A stretch of DNA of 64,000 nucleotides, taken from NCBI GenBank assembly GCA_040954595.2, contig CM082580.2, forward strand, positions 13,628,242 through 13,692,241. Direction: 5' to 3'. Every line of letters starts with the position of its first letter. Positions within the stretch are counted from its first letter, which is position 1. Source of the stretch: Balanoglossus misakiensis (Eukaryota; Animalia; Hemichordata). The notes under the pieces were generated by a model, which worked only from the letters and a program-made list of their open reading frames with translations, did not search any database and was not told where the DNA came from. This document shows positions 14,201-25,900 of this stretch, piece by piece. Both the position numbers and the translations under genes were made by a program.

Positions 14201-16262
14201 GGGACTAATTTAGTTTCGTTTCGCGACGCCGAACTTTCTCGTGTGTGTCAATGTCCTTTACCTATTATGGTGACCATGGTGACCCAGCTTGAATGACATG
14301 TTCTGAGTGGAGTCTGATTAGATGCTATTAGACTCTACACGATGCTAATGATATCAGCTTTAGATTTGAATGTGAGTGAACCAGCCATCATTCCCAATGT
14401 AGAGTTGGCAGTCTTTTATATCTAAATCCATTGACTTTCTGGCTTACATGTGCAAAGTAACACTAAAACCTTTTTCATACTCAGTAAAAGCCAAACAATT
14501 GTCTGCTTGACCGCTTTCACCGTTGACTGCAATACTCCATGAGGCAATGTATCAAAAACTGACCGACCGACTGACTGACTGGCAGATACAAATGGTGGGA
14601 AGAATATAAAGAAGCGGATTTGGACATTCACCGGCAATTCTTTGATCATCCAATTTTCCATTGCTGACATGCCTCTCAATTGAAGCGTCATTATGTTAAT
14701 GCATGCGGAACACACCCTGTGGCATTCGTGGGGAATGTCCTTTGCAAAATTATCAAGCAATTTTAACTTCATACCTGGTATTTTCTCGTTTTAACGATAC
14801 CGCCGATAAAAGAGCGCGAATAAGGAAGAGTTCAATACTTTGCCGTGAGACATTCGTTGCCCCTTAACAAGCACAAGGGTAGCCAACGTTTTTTCAAAGT
14901 TGTTTCATTTGAAAAAAGGGTGAGCCGTGGCTTTGCTTGGTGAGGCATATTAAAGTAAAGTAGATAGCACGTTGATTTGAAAGTCGAATTAACAGTTGCT
15001 ATGGCAATTACTGAATGCTTTTTGATTCTGCAATATTACCCATTTCAATGGTCATCGGGTTGGTGAGACAACGTTGACAGGATGACTCAAGTCATGTCAT
15101 GTGCCAAATTTTCCACAATAACAAACTCACCAGACAAAGGTCGAAATAATTTACCACAAAGTTCGCAGGCAAAACGTAGACTTTTATATTGTTGACGTGA
15201 CATATATATTTCTTCGTTGCTGTGTCTGTCTGGCCGTCTGTCTATCACCCCACATAAATAGCAGTGTTTTCAATTATTTTCATTCAAGGAGCATGACTTG
15301 ATGCTCTTCCCCGAAGGCAAGTCAATGATGAAATGATGTAAGACTGTTAGGGCATCGCTAGTTTTGCATAACGGGAGACTTTTGGCCTTGTCATGGTGGT
15401 TATCGGTCAATAATTAGGACTTCGCTTGCAGCTATCTGAGGCAAAAAACATACCTGGTTCGTTGGTGGAATTTATGTTCTAAAGATTTGTGGTTGTGGTC
15501 GAAAACGTTATTGAATTACATTGAACGCCAGATCTGAGTGTACGGAAAGCGAGATAAACACTTGAAATTGCCTTTACATCCTAATCCCACCGTCTTCGTT
15601 TTTCACTTTCACAATTAGTTGCATCTTCGCCGTATTAGGGTCACACTCAGCCTGAGGTTACGGTTTAGTGGCGTGTAAGAGCATCGGGCCAGGCATGCAG
15701 TCAAGTATCATTAGGATAAGAAAAAAGTCACACGATATCCCACAAAGGCTCAATTTTCTGGAAGAAATTGGAAATAAAAGAGTAATATCTACAGTTCAAA
15801 GATAAGAGTTTCGGGGTGAAAATGCGTGAACAGAAAATGCCAGTCAAAACTTGTGCGTCCAGGCGCGCACCTGATGAGAGCGTGTTCGGGGGTGATGCGT
15901 ACGTACGCGGGCGCGTAACCGAATGTTGTGTTCGTTCTATTTCGTAGAACTTATTCTTTTTTTATTTCGAACAGGTGTTGTTTTCATAGTCAGTTACAGA
16001 GAGTACGCTTTATTCCGATTTCAAATCATGTTTATTTATCATCTGTAGATATTGTGAACCGAAATAGGCAACCATTTCTCGGTACATCGTACGCGGCGAT
16101 AGGCAAATATGACCAACAGGGGCACTTGACATCACGGCCCGCTGCAACGCTGCGAACATATTGAACAGTGCGGAAACGCGACGGTCGATTCGAACTTCGA
16201 GTCTGTTTGTACTTGTAGGACAATAACCGAGTTTCTATTTGGTTCAATTTTGTTTTTTTACC

Positions 16263-19200
16263 ATGTGGTTTTGGCGTTTTCTGGTGGCATTGCTTCCACT
16301 TTTCGTGTATTGCCAGTCGCAGTGCCCGACAGATTGCAACTGTCACGATGGTGTCCTATCGTGTCATACAGATACCGGTGAAAAACTGAAGACAGTACCG
16401 CCAAAGCTATACCTCAACGATTTGTCTATGATAACAGAAATGTAAGTAAGAGTCTGTCTGCTTGCCCGCCTGCCTGTCTGTCGTATATATGTATATATAT
16501 AGGTTCGTGTGTGTGTGTGATTTTCTCAAAACTTAATTGTACAGCGTGCTACTGTATTACGCCTTTAACAGCGCAAGTATTCTGGCTAACACGCAAACGG
16601 TACATTGCGGCAAGCAATGAAACCAGACCTCAGGGGAGAAAGGCCACTATTACCTTATATTTCACACATCTTAATGTACCACCATCTCTCTAATTGAACC
16701 ATCGCCCAATTGACAACGTTGCCGATAGTTTCGTGATCGGCTTCGTCTATTGAGAATAAGTCCGACCAAAGGGCATATCGGCCGACGATGGTTTCAATTG
16801 ATAAGGGCATGCGTAGGATTAATCTGCTGCCTTAAGATTTTTGTTTTGTTTCAACGTGGAAACTAAGGAGCCGAGAAGTGATGTTGTACGAATATTCGTA
16901 CGTTTACAATCTCCAGCGACATCTGTTCAACGTGTAATGGTGATTTTTTAATTATGAATCGTCTGAATTGTATCTGAGTCTGTGCTTCGAGAAAATAGGT
17001 TTGAGAGAGCTTCCAGTTGTTATAAATGAGAATGAAACTCTGAGTTGGATAACGATGACCGGAAGAAATAGCCCGTTTAGTTAAATTACCCACTGATTTG
17101 ACACAATTCAAATAGGACATACCCTCATAAAGATGTAGCTTTTAAGCTTTTTCAGATTTCCAGCAAAATGATAGTTCTACATTAAATTGTGCAAACCATC
17201 TTGTTTTCACAAAGATCATTACTTTAAATTTTCTCCATAGAGTTAACACAGGCATTGGCGGCCATTTTGAATTTCAAATTCGAGAGAATTGTGTCACCTG
17301 GATCTAGCAACATAGGGTGTATAAATCTATTGATTCAGCAGGGAATATGCCATTATGATTGACTTTTTCTTGTTTCTCGTTCAATGTAGTGACTTTGAAG
17401 GAAGTGATATCGATCAGCTACATGTGGGTGACTTCACTGGACTTGGTAATGTCAAGGTTCTGTAAGTAAACCAGTTATACGTTTTTTCGTTTGTGTGTGT
17501 GTGAACTTGCTATATCGATTCTCTTTGTGTGTCCGTTCCGTGAAATGCAATGAAGTCACTCGTCCGTAAAACGAACGCAAAGCCCCTGTTTTCAGTTAAC
17601 ACATGTCCATATTTTCGTGTTCATAAATGTAGGAATATGAACAGAAACAAATTGAAGGTGTTACTTCAGGGTCATTTCAACGGTCTTCGCCAGGTGAGGC
17701 AAATGTAAGTACTGCAAGGAGCTGTTTGATATCTCGTTGTGGCCCCTCCGTTACGACCAAGTCCCCAAACATTTGTCCTAATATTTCATCCCTACTTTAA
17801 AAGTAGACGTCATAACTTCAGAGTGCCAGCCCATAGTGTCTTAAAGCGCATGTGGCCATCGGTGAGATGTGCAAAACAGTAATATGTCGTTGAACTAATA
17901 TTATTCATGATATCCTTGCCTGTCATTACATTTCAGATGGCTAACCGAAAACAGTATACGTTTTCTCGACTCTTACGTGTTTAGCGGATTGCCGAACCTT
18001 CATGAAGTGTAAGTCTGCAACTGGTGAAATCCACCCATTTTTATATGGCCAATTTCAGTGAAAATTTACTGGCCATCGACATGTTCTTTATCTCATTTTC
18101 TACAAGTACTCGTGCCAACAGCCTTGCAAAACCCACTATGCGAAAGACCTGTATGTTGCACTGCCAGTGTGCCAATCATTAGCGACCAAAGCTGAATCGA
18201 TCGAACACTGTGGGTGGGCTACTGTTGGTGAGAAATCTGGCGTTGATTTGTCATAATTTGCAAATTATTCCACGTGAGGTATTTTGATGTTGAGTACTTT
18301 TTGACCTTTATCGGCATCAAGCCAGACAACTGTGGTCATTGTTTTTCCAGCGATCTCTCAAGGAACCAGCTTGAATACATTCCAAGAGGCACGTTCCGAA
18401 CAGCTGGCAGCAACGCCCACAGTCCTATCCTGACACTGTAAGTGAGACACGCTAGATGTGTTTGATGAGCATGCGCATTATTGTTACATGTATTTCAATA
18501 TGGCGCCGGTAGCCAGAATGCGTCTTCACTTTATATACAAACATGTACTGTCTGCTGCATCAACTTCAAATACAAGACGTGACTTTACAGGGCAATGAAA
18601 TACACCTGAATAAAATATTGTGTTTTACCTTTATATATAAATCTGTTTAGCACTTCTATGCACATTGCTATCAGACAGCAATAATAAATCGTTTATATTA
18701 TTTGTTTCAGGGAACTGATGAATAATAATTTGAATGTATTGACTGCGGGTATGTTCGATGGATTAACAAAACTCAAATCGCTGTGAGTATAAGTTCTGCT
18801 TCTTCTTTCCTAGGTGAGGCTGAAATTGTCATTGATAACTAGTGCGCGTGCGTGTGTAAACTTACCACTCACGAACCTTTCGCGATGCACAATTTACAAG
18901 CCCCAGAATCTTATTCCTGCTAAAAGCTCGGTTCGAAGTATTAGTCACGAGTCTGTTAAAGTATCGGTTTGGATAATACCGCTAGTATGGATAGGGTTAT
19001 TAGTCTTCCGGTAATAATAGGCTTCTTATAAACACCTATAAAATTGCATAGTGCACCTATAGCCATCTGAGATGACGTGCCGCGTTAATGTTATCCTGAA
19101 GGAAGATATGGCGGCGCGGAGTGTTATTATGGGTGGTTTTTGAAAATGCTAAATGTAAAGGAAAAGTGAAGGCAATCTGCTGAAAGTAGTATTGTATTCG

Positions 19201-21918
19201 ACAAACCCATAGTCCTAGCAGTTATACGCTGATGTGTCTGGAGTGACGTTAACAGTTTTTTTTTATCAAATTTAATTTGGTGCGTATTTTTCTCTATTTT
19301 CAGGTACTTAGATTATAATGACATCGAGTCGATTGAAGCGAACACCTTCACTCCGCTTGTCAGCCTCCAAATACTGTGAGTAATCTCAGTGGTATTCTTT
19401 CGTTGCCACGGTGACGACTTGCTAGTTTTAACCTTATATTTTTCTCCTTCAACGCGATTAGACTGGGGTATCCTTTCAAAATGAAACCATACACTAGTAT
19501 GTCCTGGTGTCGGGTATGCACGGTGCAGGAGAATCTCCTGCCGGATGCTTTTAAGCATTTAAGCTGTATCGAGGAACAATATCTGGTTAGCTGACTTCAC
19601 TGCGAAGATGACGGCAGCTGTTCATTCACCTTTGCTCGTCTCGCGTTTTGCCTTTGTCGTGAATTCGTCTGGGTGGACTAATCTGAACAGGAAGATTAAG
19701 ACGTCTGCCGATGTAATTTTCATCGCAAAAATTCTACGTCAGACTCGTGATATACCCTGATATTGTCTATGGAGTTAACCCCCCCCCCCCCGAAATACAA
19801 GTCGTCAATCTTTGCATTTTCTGAAATATGACAAAATCGGTAACTAGTGACTCCGTCTCATTGTGTTTTATTTTTCTTTCTTCCAAGGTCGTTGCGAAAC
19901 GTGAACTTGAAACCGACTATTTTCTTACCCGCTCTTCAAAGGTTGCCTGCGTTAAATGAAATGTAGGTATCATTTTCGTCTCACACCCGCATCGACACTT
20001 TCTGGTTGAAATAGGCCTACATTCATGCGTTTAAGTCAGTAGAAAATTAAAATATGAAAACTCTCTCAGTTACTTGTCAGGAAATCTGTTTCCGTGCAAT
20101 TGTGATTGGCTGGACTTGAAGAATGAAGTGGAATCGAGCGGTGCTCAAATAAGGGATCTGTCTAGTACACCCACGTGCGGCGAAGAACAATCTCTCGTAT
20201 GCCGTGAGTACAGCGAAGATATTTTAATGCTCCTTGCAGTAGATTTCTAGTCAAGAAAAAAATATCCAATACTGTTTTAATCACGTGTAAACACACTTCT
20301 TTCTGCAGAAAAACTGCGGGAACACCCCAGCTCTCGCGAGACTCACGGATACCAATTTATAACTCTGCGAGAACTGACAGCGCCAAAAGTGGAAAAGGGA
20401 AAGATGACAGTGCACGGGAAATGGTATAAGCCGTCAAGTGTCGAAGGTGAAGAAGCGTTATTACAGTACGACACAGAAACAAGAGAGCGTATTCAGGAAC
20501 TCCCAGATGAAAACAAGCGTAACTTCTATTTGCGGATTTTCCAGTCTCGAATGGAGGACTTCATTCAGAAGCATGTTCTTGCACCAGAGAAAAAGCAGAA
20601 TCTTATGTAAGAAGCTTTCTAATTAACCCTTCGAAGTGGCGGTGTGTAATAGAAAAAAAAAATGAAAACACGTAGGCTTTATACCTCTTGAGACATGTTT
20701 GCAGTCGCGTGCCTGTTTTCGCCGTTCAAGAGGCGCCGGAGAGTCACATTTTAAAAATATTCTTATCAATGAAAGTTTCTGTACAATGTCCTTCCTCTAT
20801 TGACTAACCCATCAAGCCTTAAAGAATACTGTGCGGCAGTCAAGCGCGCTTGGCATTTCAAAACGCTTTAGAAAATTAGAAAAGAAAAGGGCATTTCACT
20901 CATAGCAAGGAAAAAAGTTGCAGCTATTTTACCTAGTGCAGTGTAAGGTATAGGTTTACCTTTTCCAGAGTTTTTGTGAGATTTTTTATAGAATTTACCA
21001 ACTTCATTGAAACGTGTCTTCGATCCCTTCAATGCCACAGGAGGCGGATATATTCGCATAAATGGTTTGATTCTTCTATATTTTGTCTTTTTACAGATAT
21101 GTGTCGTTATACGAAGATGTGAATACGAGTATACACCATTCTTTTGGATTATCTCATATCGACGCTAGAGGGCCACTCCGTCGGCAAAGTCTACATATGG
21201 TACACAGAACAAAAAACATCATTGCCATGGTAACGCCCTTGGTGATTATCCTGTTTTTCTTTGTGATGGTCTGCTTTTGTCGTATGAAAGGAACGGTGAG
21301 TCATTTATTTTGAAAATTACACGTACGACAATAAGTATCTTACAGCTACGTTATGTATTTTATTTATTTATTTAAGATGTATTTAAATATTTATTTATAT
21401 ATTTACTTATTTATAAGAATTTTCGATGGTTTCATCTTCCAGAATGCAAGTGCAGAATCACAGTCGTCTAAATGCTTTGAACCCATAATTCGATGCTTAC
21501 AAAAGCTAAAACAGCGTAAAGAGTATACTCAGGCGAGGGAAGGCAAACTGCAAGAGAGGATAGAGTTCCGAAAACTCCATGGACAAGTGAAAGAGGTAAG
21601 CAGCATTGTAGTTTGGTTCTAGGGAGGTAGATGGACAGACTTGGAGCTGGAGAGAGAATTAGACATGCGCCAAATCCACTCACGAAGAATACCAACATTT
21701 GCTTGAACACACAGAGCATTGACCGACCGAAGAATATTTTCGCCAAGAAGGCGGCTGAAGAAATAGAGATGGAGGCGCATACGGAAGAAGATTTTAGATC
21801 GACTTTACAGAAACAACGCAAAATGTCACTTGGAGGAACTCGATTTAGCAGTAGCTCAGAAGGAACCGATGATGAAGATGACGAAGTTGTTTTTGACAAA
21901 AGAGAAATTAGTAAATAA
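16263..21918 (+). CDS. Single-pass leucine-rich repeat transmembrane protein (signal peptide, LRRNT, ~8 LRRs, LRRCT, stalk, TM, acidic tail); 13 exons, ~562 aa
   Basis: Exons: 16263-16441, 17390-17461, 17633-17704, 17937-18008, 18351-18437, 18711-18782, 19304-19375, 19888-19962, 20070-20203, 20309-20606, 21097-21295, 21443-21595, 21715-21918 (the last acceptor is the least certain); total 1689 nt in frame. Signal MWFWRFLVALLPLFVYCQS; LRRNT CPTDCNCHDGVLSC; phase-2 exons, mostly 72 nt, each giving one LxxLxLxxNxL repeat (e.g. LYLDYNDIESIEANTFTPLVSLQIL); LRRCT YLSGNLFPCNCDWLDL; TM IIAMVTPLVIILFFFVMVCFC. Confidence 0.88.
21355..21415. repeat. Imperfect (TATT)n low-complexity repeat, intronic
   Basis: gtattttatttatttatttaagatgtatttaaatatttatttatatatttacttatttata. 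Confidence 0.7.
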
Positions 21919-21988
21919 AGTTGTTTCAAAGTGACTCGGTTTTCAACTCTACTACTGTGACGACAATAATCAACAGTGTACGACGGTA

Positions 21989-22032
21989 GTTCTCTTTTTG
22001 GAAAATGTGGTGGCCCTTATAAGGGCCGTTTT
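21989..22032 (-). terminator. Replication-dependent histone mRNA 3' processing signal (stem-loop plus purine-rich HDE)
   Basis: The - strand reads AAAAC GGCCCT TATA AGGGCC ACCACA (6-bp stem, 4-nt loop at 22027-22012), 29 nt after the H3-like stop. CAAAAAGAGAAC (22000-21989) follows 11 nt later, at the expected position of the U7-binding HDE. Confidence 0.9.
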
Positions 22033-22056
22033 GTATGTGTATGCTAGGCACACAGT

Positions 22057-22254
22057 TTAAGCTCGCTCGCCACGGATACGACGGGCAAGTTGGATATCCT
22101 TTGGCATGGTAGCGACACGCTTGGCTCGACTCAGGATGCTGGTGCTCTCCTGGTAACGAGGAATTTCAAGAAGAGTGACGGTACCAGGTCTGTAGCGACG
22201 GGTAGTACGAGGTGCCTCACCACCTGTAGATTGCTTGGTAAGCTTATGTGGCAT
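22057..22254 (-). pseudogene. Internally deleted histone H3 orphon (65-aa open frame; probable pseudogene, possibly expressed)
   Basis: [65 protein letters not shown] matches H3 blocks TKQ, [27 protein letters not shown] and [22 protein letters not shown]. Most of the tail and histone-fold helices 1-2 are missing. Start context cacaacATG; intronless. Confidence 0.88.
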
Positions 22255-22281
22255 GTTGTGTGGAAGTATCTTGACGCCTTG

Positions 22282-22422
22282 GAATGAAGAGCGATATGCT
22301 TCAGCCCCGGAAAATGAGCCATATTTATACAACTTTGAAAAGGTGTGAAGACCACTGATTGGCCATGAAGTGGTAGGGTACTTCACACATATTCTTTCTC
22401 CTTGGGAGCGATCGATGATTGG
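22282..22422 (-). promoter_or_regulatory. Histone H3-type promoter: two CCAAT boxes, TATA box, TCATTC cap-like motif
   Basis: On the - strand: CCAAT at 22422-22418 and 22362-22358, TATAAATA at 22329-22322, TCATTC at 22287-22282, in the expected order upstream of the ATG at 22254. Confidence 0.7.
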
Positions 22423-22900
22423 TCCATTAATGCATGAGAAATTAGATGTGATGATCCTACTTTTCAACCAAAGTTTCATCTAGTGTCTATGGTTTCATCA
22501 ACCCAACTGCTGGCAACTGACTGGCAACATGGCCAGCTTGGACGTCGACATTCTCGCAAGCACAATACAACTCGGCGTGATAGCCACTTTGGATCATCCA
22601 CAGTCCCTCTGCGGACCATCACGTTAAAAACATGTTCACGTAGACCTAATACCCTTATTTACACCTTTTGCCACCTTTCTTCAGAAAAAATACCGTCAGT
22701 TTTATAATGAAGTTATAAGTGCGACATATGCCTGGCTATATGTGCAAAGAGAAAATTCTTATGGCAAGCGCCCTCTAGCGATAAAATAATCTTTATTTTT
22801 GTAAAGCCCGCCATATTGGTTTTTGAAAAGAGTGAACATTATATTCACATGGCCACTTGATTATTTATATGACGTACTCCCACATAATCGCAATTCGGCG

Positions 22901-25900
22901 ATGTTTTCATCCCTTACGAACGCATTTTACAAAATCAAGAGGTTGGTAATAGGCGAAAATTTCGAGAACAACCGCACAAAATCACTAAAACGATCACGGA
23001 ACGGAGACAGCGACGCCGACAGGTAAGCGAGCATGATAATGGTTCCTTCTGTCCTTCAGTCTTTGGGTGCTTCTGGTATGGCCTGGACGCAAGTCCTCAC
23101 CAGCCAATCAAACTTTTTCTCTGGGAATGTGTGAATATTTGTATTAAAACAGTGAAGCTCGCTGCGTCGCTGGGAATGCCTTTGTGTCCGTGGAAAGAAA
23201 GCGGCGTTGATAGCACTTCCGGTAGGAACTCGTGACCCCATGACCTTCCGCCTCGCTCCAGAGTGAGCACTGGCCGCACGGATACAGTAGAAAGGCGGTC
23301 GGTGTTCATATCGCTCCGCTACCCCTAAAAATTCTGCTACGATGACTAGCCGGTTTGAATTCCTTGTGCCAATGAAAGAAAAGTATGTCCCTGTAAACGT
23401 AATTTAATTGTAGCCGTGAATGATAACGTACATGCTTCTCCTGTCGTCGATATGACATTGACAATGCAATGTCAACTTCCAGTGTTCACTGCGCATCTCC
23501 TGCAGCCGTACATTGTGTCGTCCGTCAATGGCACACAGCTCAATTGCGCAAATGCAGCAAGTTAACACTGTTTACTTTATATAAACATTGGGTTGACACC
23601 TTTCTGTCCATGCAACTGAGTTTTGAAACATAGACTGTCTAATTCTTTTAATATGTGAAGATAGGTTGGTCCTTTGCTTGAGTCCTCTTGACTCTAGTAC
23701 TCCTGATACTATAACAATGTCTGGCTTGATCATAACAACATGTTCATGTTTTTCCCCTCTTTATTAGTGATATAGAAATTCTTACCGAGCATATTGTGCC
23801 GACCAAGAAACACAAGTCAAGTGATGGCTCAGCTAAATACATAGGTAAGCCTTTTCGTCTGAACTCCTTCATGTTAGTAGTGTTCTCCTAGAGAGGGGTG
23901 ACCTCACAGTTTGTAAAACACGTGGTTACATTATAGCACCTGGTCAACTAAATGGCAAAACATTTGTATCTTCCTTTCTCTTTTACTCAGCTTTGAGAAG
24001 CAATGATAATCACATGGAAGGAAATGGTAGAACAAAACTGTATGGGAAATCGAAACGTGAGGTGACCAGACCATCCACTGCAGCAGGTATGTCTTCTTAT
24101 ATAGCTTTGTCTTTCTGTGTTGATGTTTAAAATGAGTGTGTTTGCCATTGGTGAAACGGTCGTTCCCACACTGGCAGAATTTATCAATTTTACGTCTAAA
24201 GAAAAAGAAAAGATTAACAATATTTGCCTGTGTGGGCGCTGTTCTTGACTCCCTTTTGACCGAAAATGAGTGTTAATTTATTATTTTATGATTTTGTAAC
24301 AACTCCTAATTTTTTCCTGTAGGACTTGATGGATCATATTTGAAATCAGCAACTCTACCAAACAGTAGCAATAATCACAGGAAGGAGAAGCTGAAAGTTA
24401 AGGAAACACAAGCACAGAAAGATGGCAGAGATGTTACCAGTCACAGGACACAGAGAAAGAGCAATCTTGGGTAAGCAGAAGAGCTGAAAGAAAATATTGA
24501 CCTTAGATTATATCCAGCTGAGATTCTGCTGCCTATTTCATTCATCTGTCTTTCTGTCCATACTTATTTTGCTCCCAATCTTTCTTCCAGCTCAACGACG
24601 CATACAACAAGAAATCCTGACACCAGTGGGTTCTATCCAACTTTCCACAGACTGCCTGACAAATCAGTGGGCGGTAAAATATTTAGTGGTAACCTAACAC
24701 ATCGTGTACACAGACAGTCACCAACACTGTCGTACATCAGACCTCGGCAGTATACTGTACAAGAGGTAAGGTTCTGTGTGTATATTTTTTCTTGTACGTG
24801 TAGTTTATAAGTCTAATTCATGAGTGTTGATTTGTGAGTGTCCCTTCTGAAATCAAGCTCTCGACCGCTTTTTATTTCAGAGTGTGCGCTTAGAAGAGAA
24901 GGCTATCTACCAAAGTTTGCTGCAACAGTTTACAAGCATACCCTGTAATTCTCTGTACAGTCTCAGTCAGCCATCACCAACTCAAACCTCACCATACGGG
25001 GACAAAAGGTATGTGGCTGGTTTAGTTTGGATATGTGTATGTACATGTTAAAAGCGAGTGTTGTAAAAACAAGAGACATTATTGGTCAGATGTTTTCCAG
25101 GACAGGTAGAGCATTACATAGATCTATTCACAGCTTGATCTTCCGTATTCATTCCTGTGGCTGAATTTACACATCAGTTCGCACCAGAGTCCTAACTAAT
25201 CCACACAATTTACAAATCAAGTGTTTTCATTTTCATGTGTGGCAGCAATGAGACAGAACTGGGCAGTTATGTAGCCCCACCTACCCCACCAATCAGAGAG
25301 AAAGACACAGTTCCTGTGAGGTTCAAAGTTAAACCAAAGGTCGCAGAACCCAGAGAGGGTCAATCAGAGAGACATGATCTGTCAGTTGGTTTGCTCACTC
25401 CGGCCCCTGTTAATGAGAGGTCAGTTCATCCTAGAGTGGACATACCACCACAGCCAGGTGAGTTACTGCAATTCTGTCGTTGCTAAGAAATTTATGTTTG
25501 GAAAATGTACTTTGATTCAAAGCTGCCATGATGAATAGCGCCACCATGAGGTGTAATGTGACCATTCTTCTTTTTTACCGGCCGCAACATGATTGATTGA
25601 ATTTTATTACAAGCTGTATTATTCAACACAATTCTAATCTCTTCAGATTTCCAAAATGACAGTCCTTCAATTACCAAGGTCAGACTCCCAGACTCAGTCG
25701 TCCAGCGTTCCACACTATCCGCAAGGAAGAAGACACCTCAGTCTGTATACAGCTCGGAAGATTGGGTAAAACAACTGTAAGTGTCAAACTGAAAGATTTA
25801 ATTATCTGCAAGACTGGATTTCCCTTAGTGCTGGGAGTTCCAATAATTGCTGTAGAATTTAAGCCTCTTTTACCTCAAGTTGTCGTTATGTTAAACTTTC

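Noticed and set aside
21596-21630. 27- or 35-nt micro-intron or stop read-through in the LRR gene
   Set aside because: A normal 119-nt intron (21596-21714, ending acacag) restores the frame more simply.
22255-22479. N-terminal extension of the 140-aa ORF 22057..22479
   Set aside because: It runs through the CCAAT and TATA promoter elements and has no H3 similarity; the ATG at 22254 fits the histone cassette.
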